A stretch of DNA of 64,000 nucleotides. Origin: Marsupella aquatica. Lineage: Eukaryota; Plantae; Marchantiophyta. The stretch is taken from assembly GCA_973895155.1 (NCBI GenBank), contig OZ316894.1:12502828-12566827 (forward strand). The letters run 5' to 3'. The notes under the pieces are model-generated. The model did no database searches. It was not told where the DNA came from and worked only from the letters and a program-made list of their open reading frames with translations. Positions 12,779-24,565 of this stretch are shown here, piece after piece; position 1 is the stretch's first letter, and each line of letters starts with the position of its first letter. The translations under genes and the position numbers were made by a program.

Positions 12779-15700
12779 AGCCGGGGGTATGCCCTGTGCA
12801 CGTCATCTAGGAGAGCAGATGATGTGTGGATTCTTGATTGTGCTTGCTCTTTTCATATTTGTTACATTCGTGAGTTTTTCAGTTCTTACTCTGTTTCAAA
12901 CGGTTCAGTTCTGATGGGAAATGATCACTCCTGTCAAATTGAGGGAATTGGGTCTGTGAAGATTCAAATGTTTGATGGCGCTGTGCGCACAGTGTCCGGA
13001 GTCAGGTATGTACCTGGCATGCGTAAGAATCTGATTTCACTCGGTGTGTTGGATTCAAATGGTCATCAATGGAGCGTTATTGATGGTGAACTTCAAGTCA
13101 GGTCGGGAGAGACAGTGATTTTGAAGGGGAGTAGACAAAAGAATTTGTATGTGTTACAGGGCAATACTGTATGTGGAGAGGCCAATGTAACCAAGTCTCA
13201 CGAGGAGATGACTCAACTGTGGCATTCACGGCTAGGCCACATGAGTGAGAAGGGTTTGGCTATCTTACGGAAGAATGGACTCATTTCTGATTTGCAATCT
13301 TGTAAATTAGAGTTTTGTGAGCATTGCATTCTTGGAAAGCAGCATCATCGTGCTTTTGGTATTGGAACTCATCGTTCCAAAGCGGTTCTTGAGTACATAC
13401 ATAGTGACGTGTGGGGTCCATCCCCGACTCCCTCACACTCTGGAAAGTTGTACTATGTATCATTTATTGATGATTACTCAAGATTTGTGTGGATTTATTT
13501 CATGACGCATAAGTCTGATGTCTTGTCCATTTTTAAGAAGTGGAAGGCCCAGGTGGAGAATCAGACTGGAAACACGATCAAGTGTTTGGATACAAGGGTG
13601 AAGAGTCTGAGGTCAGACAACGGCGGGGAGTACACTTCAATGGAATTTGAAGAGTACTGTTCAGAACAGGGGATAACTCGCCATCTCACCACAGTTTATA
13701 CTCCGCAGCAGAATGGTGTCGCTGAGAGGCTCAATCGGACACTGTTGGAGCGGTCACGGAGTATGTTGAGCCAATCAGGTTTACCACAAGAATTTTGGGC
13801 AGAAGCTGTCAATACCGCAGCTTATTTGGTAAATCTTTCTCCTTCTAGTGCTATCAATTTCAAAACGCCGTTTGAGATGCGCTATAAGCGGCAAGCAAAC
13901 TATCATGGCTTGGTAATTTTTGGAAGTGATGCATATGCTCTCACACCAAAGCAGAATAGGACCAAGTTGGATCCTACCTCCAGGAAATGTGTTTTTCTTG
14001 GGTACCAGAGTGGTGTGAAAGCCTATAGGCTATGGGATCCTATTGCCTGTAAGCTCGTTGTCAGTAGGGATGTTTCCTTCAATGAATCCAGATTATTGAA
14101 GGAGGGGGAGAATACTCAGGTCTCCCGTACTGACAAAGGAAAATCTCCTATCCCGGATCTCGTTGAGGGGGAGATTGGTTATGAGGTGCATGACCGGAGA
14201 GAAGGAGTTGCTCCAATTATGGAGCTGGTTCCTGTGCCAGAGGAACCAGAGGAGTTTGTTGATGCTGGTGAGCAACAAGTGGATGCTGTTGAGCTTCAAA
14301 TTGTACCAGCACACGCAGATCAACCGGAGTCATCGGCTAGAAGAACATTTGGTCGCACTGTACGCGCTCCATCAAGGTATGGACAGTGGGTTGATTCATC
14401 TCAACTGCAAGAGGATGATTTTACAGCTGATGATGAGGGTGATGCGTTAATTTTGGAAGAAGGAGAACCTTCTTCATTTCATGAGGCAAGTGCTTCAAAA
14501 GAGAAGCAGAAGTGGACTGCAGCAATGCAAACGGAGATGCAGTCACTAAAGGACAACAAAACTTGGGAGCTTGTTAAGCTGCCTAAGGGTCAGCAAGTGG
14601 TGGACAGCAAGTGGATTTACAAGCTGAAGGATAATTCCATAGGAGGTGGATCGAAGGTCTACAAGGCTAGATTAGTAGCAAAGGGATTCACACAAGAGAA
14701 AGGTGTGGATTACAATGAGGTCTTCTCACCAGTTGCTAAGTACTCTACAATACGACTATTGTGTGTACTTGTTATAATGTTTGGTCTGCTCCTAGATCAG
14801 ATGGATGTTGTCACAGCTTTCCTCTATGGCACATTGGAAGAGGTGATCTTCATGAGACAACCGCTAGGTTTTGTGAAGAGAGGACAGGAGGAATTGGTTT
14901 GCAGATTGCTAAAATCCTTGTATGGGTTGAAGCAGTCACCAAGACAGTGGAACAAGCGGTTTGACGATTGGATTCGGTCACAAGGTTTTCACAGAAGTGT
15001 ATTTGACCCTTGTGTGTATTTGAAACCGGTGAAGAATGTTGTCTTTGGGTTCATTGTTTTAGTACTTTATGTGGATGACATGCTAATTGCAGCCAAGGAT
15101 AGGTCTGAGATTGTTAAGCTCAAGGCACTGCTTAGTGCAGAGTTTAAGATGAAGGACTTAGGGCCAGCTAAGAGGATTTTGGGTATGGAGATCACTAGGG
15201 ACTTGGAGGCTGGCAAGCTATGGTTGACGCAGAGCAGTTATGCGAGGAAGGTAATTGCAAGGTTCAACATGGAGAATAGCAAGCCAGTAAGTACCCCGTT
15301 GGCTCCACACTTCAAGTTATCATCAGCGTTCTGTCCTACGGATGACACAGAGAAGGGGTTGATGTCAAAGGTTCCATATGACAAGGCAGTGGGGAGTCTC
15401 ATGTATTTGATGACTTGCACTAGACCTGATCTTGCCATGGCTATGGGCAAGGTGAGCAGGTACATGTCGAATCCAGGGAAGGTACACTGGGAAGCAGTGA
15501 AGTGGATTATCAGGTACTTGAAGGGTACCGTGGATCATGGTCTTTTATTTGATGCGAATGCAAAGAATGCTAGATCATTGATTGGCTATGTAGATTCTGA
15601 CTATGGACAAGATTTGGACCGAAGGAGATCAACAACAGGATACGTGTTCACACTTGGCGGTGGATGCATAAGTTGGAGGTCTACTTTGCAGAAGTGTATT

Positions 15701-16051
15701 GCTCAGTCTACTACAGAAGCGGAGTATGTTGCAGCTGCGGAAGCAGCAAAGGAAGCGATTTGGTTGGATAGACTTATCACTGAAATGGGATTACCACAGG
15801 GGAATGTGAAGCTCCATTGTGATAGTCAAAGTGCGCTCCACCTTGCTGTGAACCAGGTGATGGACAGCAGAGTGAAGCACATTGACGTCAGGTACCATTT
15901 TATCAGGCAGGCTGTGTCTGATAATTTGTTTGAGCTAGTCAAGATTGATGGTAAACTCAACCCGGCTGACGCATTTACCAAAGTGATTCCTTTGGAGAGT
16001 TTCTCTAGACACCGTGACGTATTGCAGGTTTTGCAATTGCATCACAAGTAG
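12779..16051 (+). CDS. pol: Copia Pol (protease-integrase-RT-RNase H), in frame with gag after one TGA
   Basis: WILDCACSFH, WHSRLGH...CEHC, HSDVWGP, SDNGGEY, QQNGVAER, KARLVAKG, LYVDDML, YVDSDY and KHIDVRYHF. The frame is uninterrupted for more than 1000 aa. Confidence 0.95.
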   Translation, partial: SRGYALCTSSRRADDVWILDCACSFHICYIREFFSSYSVSNGSVLMGNDHSCQIEGIGSVKIQMFDGAVRTVSGVRYVPGMRKNLISLGVLDSNGHQWSVIDGELQVRSGETVILKGSRQKNLYVLQGNTVCGEANVTKSHEEMTQLWHSRLGHMSEKGLAILRKNGLISDLQSCKLEFCEHCILGKQHHRAFGIGTHRSKAVLEYIHSDVWGPSPTPSHSGKLYYVSFIDDYSRFVWIYFMTHKSDVLSIFKKWKAQVENQTGNTIKCLDTRVKSLRSDNGGEYTSMEFEEYCSEQGITRHLTTVYTPQQNGVAERLNRTLLERSRSMLSQSGLPQEFWAEAVNTAAYLVNLSPSSAINFKTPFEMRYKRQANYHGLVIFGSDAYALTPKQNRTKLDPTSRKCVFLGYQSGVKAYRLWDPIACKLVVSRDVSFNESRLLKEGENTQVSRTDKGKSPIPDLVEGEIGYEVHDRREGVAPIMELVPVPEEPEEFVDAGEQQVDAVELQIVPAHADQPESSARRTFGRTVRAPSRYGQWVDSSQLQEDDFTADDEGDALILEEGEPSSFHEASASKEKQKWTAAMQTEMQSLKDNKTWELVKLPKGQQVVDSKWIYKLKDNSIGGGSKVYKARLVAKGFTQEKGVDYNEVFSPVAKYSTIRLLCVLVIMFGLLLDQMDVVTAFLYGTLEEVIFMRQPLGFVKRGQEELVCRLLKSLYGLKQSPRQWNKRFDDWIRSQGFHRSVFDPCVYLKPVKNVVFGFIVLVLYVDDMLIAAKDRSEIVKLKALLSAEFKMKDLGPAKRILGMEITRDLEAGKLWLTQSSYARKVIARFNMENSKPVSTPLAPHFKLSSAFCPTDDTEKGLMSKVPYDKAVGSLMYLMTCTRPDLAMAMGKVSRYMSNPGKVHWEAVKWIIRYLKGTVDHGLLFDANAKNARSLIGYVDSDYGQDLDRRRSTTGYVFTLGGGCISWRSTLQKCIAQSTTEAEYVAAAEAAKEAIWLDRLITEMGLPQGNVKLHCDSQSALHLAVNQVMDSRVKHIDVRYHFIRQAVSDNLFELVKIDGKLNPADAFTKVIPLESFSRHRDVLQVLQLHHK

Positions 16052-18693
16052 AGTTTTCTTAAACATTCATTGTAATTACTGATATATGCTCTTCCTCATT
16101 CCTATGTATTAGGCTACGGCTTAGTTCTGGTTTGCTCTAGTTAGAGAGGGAAACCGGTTTGGTTTCTGCCCAGAACTTCCCGCTGAGGGATCATATACAT
16201 TGGCAGTATTACTCTCCCCTAGACCAGAGTCAAGGGGAAGATTGTTGGGTATTTACTCTTACGTCTAGGTTAGGTATGACGTGGTTGGTACAACAACGTG
16301 GGTTGGTACAACTACGTGGTTAGGTACAACTACGTGATTAGGTACAACTATGTGGTCAGGTACAACTACGTGATTAGGTACAACTATGTGGTTAGGTACA
16401 ACTACGTGATTAGGTACAACTATGTGGTTAGGTACAACTAAGTTGCACACTATATCATAAGAGGCATGTGTGCTTGGAGAGGTAGAACCAAGACTCATTG
16501 TTATGGAGCCACTTGAGAGATAGGGAGAGCTTACACTGTGGAGACTCGGTATAGCCGACGGGCTTAGAGTTCAGTAAAGCTCTCTTGTGTGTTCCCGTGG
16601 ACGTAGCCTCAAGGAGGTGAACCACGTATCTCTTGTGTCGACTATTGTGCGTTGGATGGTTCATGGGCTTGCCGTTGCGATCGTCGTCTATGCTCAACAG
16701 TTTACCCCTTTCATGGCATGGAAGGGATTATTTCAGCATTTGGAGGGGCCACCCATAGATGACTACCATGAGTTTTGGAAGGCTCATTTGGTTGAGATTG
16801 AGGCATGAAGGCAGCATTGGTCACCTAATTACGTGTCCATCACCTATGGCACTAGTGCGGCTGCCCAACCCATTGCCACAGCTGCTGCTTCTTCTAGCAG
16901 CACTAGCCAAAGTGGCACACCATCCACCAGCAGCACTCCAGCAGCATCCACCGCTACTCCTACTGGTGTGATTATGATAGGAATTGGAGTTACGCCAGCA
17001 TTTAACCCTGTGGTGGAATTCTTTGAGGTACTGAAGCAGAACTATCAGGGTGTAAGAACTGATAAGTTGAAGGGTCTTCAGGAGTTCCAGCGCAAGACTG
17101 GAGAGAATCTACGTGAGGCATACACTCGTATGCGCAGATTGATCACTGTCACCAAGGGAGTGACAGAGGCTCAGACAGTCCAGTTTTGGTATGCAATTTT
17201 GGACAGAGAATTGCGACGCAGAGTGAGAGATGTCACTCTGCTTAGGGATGCAGATCCCATATTAGCAGTTGTTTTTACCCTTTCTGAGTGCATTGAGCTC
17301 AATATGGTGAATGAGAAGGTGGTGACTTCCGGATTTGCCAAGGAAGCACCAAAGGCTGCATCTACATCCACACCACATCCTACTGCACGAAAGAGCCAGA
17401 GGGAGAAGCCTACTGTACAAGAGTCTACCAGCCAGAGACCTGTGCCCTCTTATGCTGGACAGCAGTCAAGATGTTGGACCTGTGGTGGGGATCATGCACA
17501 GAGATATTTCCCAGATCATAGAGGATCAGGGGGAGCATCAGCGCCTGATCAGCGACAATGTAATCATTGTGAAGCTCCTGGACACACCAAAGATAGGTGT
17601 TTCTCACTCCACCCTGAGTTACAGAGAGGAGGATCCCGTACACATGATCAGGGAAGAGGAGGAGGAGGAGGTAGAGGTGGTGGATGTGGTCGTGGCATGC
17701 CACATGGAGGGAGACAGGGAGGTGACGTTGCCCCTGCTGTAACCATAGATCCAAAGGATGCTAAGATTGCTCAATTGGAGCAACAACTAGCTGCCATGGC
17801 TAGTTCCCAGGTGAGACCTAATTCTGGTGATGGGGCATCTACATCCTATGGACCTTCCACATCCCATGGTCCTTCCACATCTTATGGAGCTAATGGAGAC
17901 CTTGCCACCATGGGATTCATGTGTGGCAGTGCATATATTGATGCATCAGCAGCTTTGACACGTGGGGCAGCTAAAGCTCTTGAGCCCCGAGGAGCAATAG
18001 TGGAGCTAGATCCACAGAGGGGGGATGCACGTCGGCAGACAAAGCTTCCTCAATCTTTTACATTATCAAAGATAGTTCAGATTGCCTCTATGAACCCGGT
18101 TCGGACAAACCCTGGCATGGGTAAGTTGGTAGAATCAGGTAGTGATGCAGCAGGGATGATAGGTACCCTGTTGGGGGTGACTACTGCCATAGTACGCACC
18201 CCATTATTTTCAGCGACAGACATGCTGAACTTGGGAGTTGGTCCGGCATAAGTGTTCAGATTGGCAGCTACACTTTGTGAGGACACTCCAGTGGGTAAGT
18301 GGGTAAGCAGCTTGCAGTGTTGAAGCAGTGAAGACCATGCCACCTACTGCTAGTAGTGAGACATGGCATGCAGTAGCAGCGAGGTTGGTGGATTTACCAG
18401 CACGCCCTACATTTGAGATGACTAGGTTTAAACCTAGTGTTGTGTTATTGGATAATCGGAGTGGTATCTTTCGATTAGTTGGGCCTTCTAGGGCAGTATA
18501 CCAGCCAGAGAGAGTGTTACTAGATATTGGTGCTCAGCCCTTGATGTTGGGTAAGTCTGCCATACGTGGATTGGGCTTGCGTCCAGTGGATTTGGAGGAT
18601 TGTCCCTTTCCCATTCAGACTTCATTGGGGGGACCTACACCTACACAACACATTACCAGGAGACCTCTTGATTTGAGGATTTAGGAAGGTCAT

Positions 18694-21600
18694 TGTGACG
18701 GGGTCCCGCCACGGTAAGTCACCATTAGTGTCACCAGCAAGACACCTGTAAATAAATAAGCCCATAGACCGCGAGTTTTTTTAATGTTCTTTAAGTTTGT
18801 AAAGTTTTTTAAGCATCTCGGGATAGTCGGAGACCCCAACAGTTTTGTCTAGACCCGGGTTAATTATGGGGCAAAACTTGGGGGGTTTAAAATCGTGACC
18901 TTTCGGGAAGATAAGGAAGTCCGGGAAATAAGCATTTTTAATTTTTTTGGTAACACCCCTTCTAAAGCAACACTCAGGCAGGACTGGGGGAGTATGGGGG
19001 GTTTAATTAAACCCCCATTAAATCCTTCCGCGAGTGGGCAGCTAGGGAGCCGGGCCTTAAAGAGTATGAGGGGATCCATAAGAGGCAGCCCTGGAGCTGC
19101 CATGTGGAATCCCCATAAGGGGCAACCCAGGTGGGCGCCACCTGGCGTCTCCATAAGGGCAGGCGGGGCGCATGGCAAGGGGGGCGATTAAGCCCTCTCA
19201 AGGAGCCCCTCTAACGGAGACCTCTTACCGAGCCCCGCGAGTGGGCAACCGGACGCACACAGGAGGAGGCCGAAAAGAAAAAAAAACATAAGGGGAGGTT
19301 TTAATTAAAACCCTCCCTTAAGGAGGGCTTCGTAGGCAAGCCCATAGGGCTGCGTGCCCAAAACCTTAAGGGGCACCGCGAGTACTAAGTAGGGAGGCCG
19401 CGAGTGGGAGAGGGCGAGCACTTGGGGGCCCATAAGGGGCAGCCCTAGAGCCGCCACGTGGAATCCCCAGGCTGAGAGAGGGCAGCCGGGGCGTGGGCAG
19501 CCGGGCCGCGGAGGAGGAGTAAGAGGAGTAAAGGAGGGGGGGTATTAAACCCTCCCGTGAGCCCGCGAGCGGGGGTGGCCGCAAGTGGGAGAGGGCAGTC
19601 GGGGGAGGGGGCAATTAAGCTCCCGCGAGCGAGGCGCAGGGGGCATCGGGGCCTGGGGAGGGCCATTAACGGGGAGCAGCCGGGACCCGCGAGCAAGCTG
19701 GGGCCGTGGCGCCCCAATGGCAACGCGCCCTGCATAGGGCCGCGCACCATTAAACGCCCCGCGAGGCAAGGCAAGAGAGGGCACCGGGGCGCATGGCAAA
19801 AGGAGGTGTCGGAGGCATTTTTTTGCCTTTTTGGTTCTTCTTTCCTCCCTCTTTTGCACGATCCTCTCCTTGCCGAAAGCAAAACTCGAGCTCTCTCCCA
19901 ACACCTTGCCGAAAGCTCTCTCCACATTCTAATTATTTTTGAAGCTCTCTCTCTCATGGTGGATTGGTGGGGCTTGGTGGCGTGATTCTTCCGGGCATGA
20001 GCGGCAGCAGCACGGAGTGGATTCGGAGAGGATTGAGAGAAATAAATTAATCGGGCTACGGGGGCTGTTTCAGGCCAGGGAATTGACATTGCTACGGGTG
20101 ACGGGATTTGGTGATTGAGGATTTGATTTCGAGATGCATGAATGCTAGATCAACCGGAGTTTAGTGTGGCATGCATTCGGAGATACAAGGCTGCTTACCG
20201 TGACTACGTGGAGACTTTGATTGCAAGGGAGAGAGAAGAGAGAGAAGCTACGATGAGCACGGGATTGGCAGCAGGTTCCACACCGGTGGGTAGGAGGATT
20301 TTTCGTCGAATTTATCCCAAGACCTCCGCCAAGGTGATGGAGGATTGTCAGAATATTTTCCAAGCCACCGGGGTTACAGAATTCATGAAGGTGGAGATTA
20401 CCATCCCTCCGGAGAAGAGCTGGGACATTGAGGCCGGGATGGAGTTACGAACGGAGGGAATCTACTTTGAATGTCTCAAACGTGTAGTGCCCCATGTGGA
20501 GTTGGCTAGGCTGCTGTTTCTGGAGAATCAGAAATTCTCATTCACACCTCGGCACATTAGGGGAGAACTCACGTTGAAGATGGTGGCCACTTGGGTGATT
20601 AATCCCACCTCCACCACTGCCATCCCTCTTTCCGCTGTCAAGGATGTTGAGTATAAGGGATTCCCGGCCAAGATTCATCAACGGGTCCTTGGCAACGTGC
20701 AATCCGGGGTGGTGAATGAAGAGCATTTCGTGGTAGCTATGGACATCAAAAACCACCCAGCCCATGTGTACGGATGGTGGTACTACAGGTTGAAGAAGCT
20801 GTTGGCCGCTGATCCCGGGAGTGTGAAACCAGGTGGGGCTGTACATTTGATGGGGTCATTTGTATTGGCCAGGGCATAAGGGTTGATTGGTTCCCCGGGA
20901 CAGGAAGACACGGGATCATCTCTCACCACGGAGATCCAGAGTATTGCCACTACCGTTTTAGGGAAGCTCACGGAGGAATCATCGTCGACTGGTGGGGATG
21001 ACGATAGAGGAGAAGAAAACCAGGATGAGGACTACACGTTGGAGTGGCTTGAATCACTCGTGGGAGATCCGAAAAAGCCCCTGATCCGAAAAAGCCCTTG
21101 CTTCCTTGGCCTTGGTGGTCCACCAAGGCCAAAGAAGCAGAAGAGGTGGGAGCGTTGAGACAAGCATTGGCCAAAGAGAAGCAGAATTCTGGAGAAGTGG
21201 TGGAGTGGAGAAACCAGGTGGGAGCACTACGGAGTCAGGTGGCCGCCTTTGAGACACGAGCAAAGAGGAGTGAGGCCTTGAGTCTGGGGAAACGTAAGAG
21301 CCCCGGCACACCTAGCTCCACACTTTCCCCGGATTTGATCTCCCAGGCTATTGAGATGGTGGTGAAGGAGGTTAGTGGGAAGTATGGGCCCTTGTTGGAT
21401 GGAGCCAAGAAGAGTCAGGAGAAGAGCAAGGGCTTGGAGAAGAAGCTCCGGGAGGTACAGAAATCGTTACGGGAGGCTCAGGTCAGTACGGGGATGCCAC
21501 CCAGGTCTGTCACCCCCGGGACTCCCATGGCCACAGGGCAAGTTCTACCGTTGGAGTTGCGGTTCGGAGAAGAGGCTACCCTATGGAAGGACACCATTGG

Positions 21601-22886
21601 TGAGGGGTACATCAAGGCGTGGTAGGCCTTGGCCACTTTGAGGAAGCAAGGGAGCGGCAGCACGAAGAGTACCCCGGTAAAGAAGAAGAAAAGTGACATG
21701 GCACTCACTCCCGTGAGTGATGAAGAGGAGGCCCACTCACGGGGCACAAGCCAGGGCACCGAGAGTGAAGAAGAGGAGGAGTAGATAGTCGTACGGATGT
21801 GGTTGTACGGCCTCTGGATTTCCAACTTTTTTTTGAGGGGTCACTCACGGGCTTGTTGGAAAGAGCTCGCGGAGCTGATTCCCACAAGAGGCGGCGCTCC
21901 TCAAACGGAGCCAGGATGAGCAAGTTATGGCCCGGCGAAATTGTGTTTTCGCGATACGGAAACGACCATAACTCAGGCGCCCGATGTCCGTTGCAAGGGT
22001 GGCTGAGTAATTCGGGATCAGGAGGAGAAGGGCTATCCAAGGGTGAGCTCAAAAGTACAATTGATAGGGCACCTATTTTCGGCCATTGTGGGGTGCCTTG
22101 CACTTTCGGGGTTCACGGAGTACAGTTGGGGCGTCGTCGAAGGCACCGTTGGCCCCTTGTTTAGGGTTTAGGGTTTTAGCAGCATGTGTGTGCCGCATGC
22201 TTTTTAGTTTAGGGATTTCTTAGTGCAGGGTTTTAGCGGCGCCGCTAGGATAGCCGCCATCGTTGTGACCCCACGAGGGGTGCTTTGGTGTGGTTTTTCG
22301 GTATTTAGGGGGAGAGCCCCGAAGTTGTTTGGGGGGGAACTCAGTCTAGTGTTTGTTTGAGGGAAGTTGTCTAGCAGGCCGAAGAGGGAATTCAGCCAGA
22401 GTAGTGAGGTGACAGCACAGTATTGTCCCAGGGAGGCAGGAGTTGGGCAGACGGCAGGAGGCCGTGTTGTCCTTGCAATGTATACGATTGTTCACCAAAA
22501 GATATGGATTTGGTTGGATTCCTGAATTCTGGGTGTGGTGTTCTCTCTCTTGTTGCACGGTTGTGTTCTTCCCCTAGCATGAATGTTTAGAGAAACTCAT
22601 ATGGTTTGGTCGACCCTGTGAGTGGGAGAGTGGTGACAGCACTTTGCCAAAGACTAGGAGGAGTAGGAATAGGACAGTCCACGGGACTTGATCAAAAGCG
22701 GAGTGCACGTATAGTCGGTAGACTTGATCAAAAAATACATTTCCAGGAGCGGAAACGAATCTACTCATCCTTAGTAAGAAGTTACTCTGTATAGCATCCC
22801 TCCACGTCCCCGTCATACGATACAAACGATTATTAGTAGAAACTCAACGGTATTTGATGTGTTAATCGTTTGATAAGCAGGTGACA
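18694..22886 (+). mobile_element. Solo LTR (~4.2 kb) of family A inserted in the DNMT element
   Basis: TG...CA termini and a 5-bp TSD GTCAT (18689-18693 / 22887-22891). The empty site GGAAGGTCATACCACAG is seen in copy 2 at ~53151-53167. Homologous to 852-5395. Confidence 0.92.
20142..21784 (+). pseudogene. LTR-encoded accessory protein, second copy, disrupted
   Basis: Homologous to 2394-4321. Stops at 20879 and 21625, and an internal deletion near 21090. Confidence 0.75.
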
Positions 22887-24565
22887 GTCATACCACAGAT
22901 AGCTCACAGATACAGGCGCGAGCTATACTGACTAAGGCAGAGTCATATGATGTGTTGGTGGGATGTACAATGCTCTACCCCATGGGATTTATTCTTGATT
23001 TTTGGGAGGAATCAGTGTCATATAGACCTGATTGGCAGTCAGGAGATGCTCGATTGAGCAAATTGCCAGTGAGATTTAGTGGACCTGTGAGAGGCCCTAA
23101 ATCCACACCATTGTCTTTGGCAGCATTCAATGGTGTAATTGCTGGACCTGATGATTTGATTGAGGGTATTGCGCATGCAGCAGATGTTCCACCATTGGAG
23201 GAGTCTCATGAGGAGCACATCATGCAAGGATTACCTGTTGGCAGTGTTGTGCCACCAGTGTGGGGCACTGCACAAGCCTTGCCACAGACAGCAACACAAT
23301 TGGTACATGATGCATGGCGTCATGCTTTTACACCATAGTCAGGAGCAGAGCAGTCTCTTGCAGATGGACCTGTGACTCTTTCACCATTGGATACCACTCC
23401 TATTGCTTGGCAATATCCACTAGAGGGTATTTGTTTGTTAGATCTTTTTGGTGGGATTAGCACTGGATTGGCTGTTGTTCTTCAGGCAGGAATTCCTGTG
23501 CGTTGTTATTTGTACGTAGAGACAGATGAGACAGCACAGAGGGTCTCATTACGACATGTGGCTATGTTGGTGGATAGATATCCACAGTTGCTGCTAGTGG
23601 ATGCTGTTCATGGTTATCAACATGCACTACCTACTGATATTTCATTGTTGGGGGCGGATCATCTGCATTGGGTTGGCCCCATTGATTTGGTGATTGTTGG
23701 TTGGCCATGTCAGGGCCAATCTAGAGCTGGCGCTGGGCATGGACTTCATGATCCACGCTCTGCATTGTTTTGGGAGATGTTACGGGTGCTGCGGCATCTC
23801 CAGCTACATCAGACACAGTCTCCAACATACATTTTGGAGAATGTGCCATTGTTAGGTGATGATCGTAGTCGGATTGTTACCAGTGTTCACCAGGTGAGGT
23901 CTTGGATTGGACCTGTTGTGTTATTGGATGTTGCACGTGTGGGTTCTCGTGCACATCATCCACGCTTGTAGTGGACTAATTTGATCCCATGTGAGGTGTT
24001 GAAGCGTGCATTTGACAGCATTCCACGCTCACTAGCCTTAGTGGTGGATGATATTTTGGATCCAGGGCGTCGTGCACAGGGTATGACCCAACCTGATAGA
24101 CCTCCATTGGCAGTGGTCAATGCAGTTGGGCGCCCACGTTGTGCATTCCCCACTCTTGTAAGCCACTCTACTTCATATGCATTTAGAGCAGGTGGCCCTG
24201 GACTTGTGTGGGACACAGCTCTCCAGCAGTTAGTGGAGCCTACTGTTGATGAGAGAGAGCGTGCTATGGGATTTTTGACTAGCACCACTGTAGTTGCCTC
24301 TGTGTCAGAGGGTTTGGGGCGCCAGGTTCTTGGTCAAGCAATGGATCTGAATTGTTTGACTTGGATTATCAGCTTGGGAGTAGCTGAACAGTTGCGGATA
24401 CGCTCTGCTGGAATTACTGATTGTCCCTTGGTGAGCTTGCGATCCATTGAGACAGTACTGACCACAACTGGGGGCGAGCAGACGGTCCATGGACCTATGG
24501 CAGGATTGGCCAAGGCTGGACAGATTGTTGAGCAGGAAGGGACTGCTCAATCTACTGCTAAATAG

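Larger units (their letters stand above)
10132..16699 (+). mobile_element. Full-length Ty1/copia retrotransposon, very recent
   Basis: 457-bp TG...CA LTRs (10132-10588, 16243-16699) that appear identical. TSD GTTTA, tRNA-iMet PBS TGGTATCAGAGC (10591-10602), PPT AAGGGGAAGA (16232-16241). Domain order is PR-IN-RT-RH. Confidence 0.97.
9897..24565 (+). pseudogene. Gag-protease-DNMT ORF of copy 1, split by insertions (segments ~9897-10131, 16705-18693, 22892-24565)
   Basis: Near-identical to 50842-54831. Contains knuckle CNHCEAPGHTKDRC, protease VLLDIGAQPL, and DNMT motifs at ~23428-24363 (LFGGISTG, GWPCQG, ENV). Has several premature stops. Confidence 0.9.
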
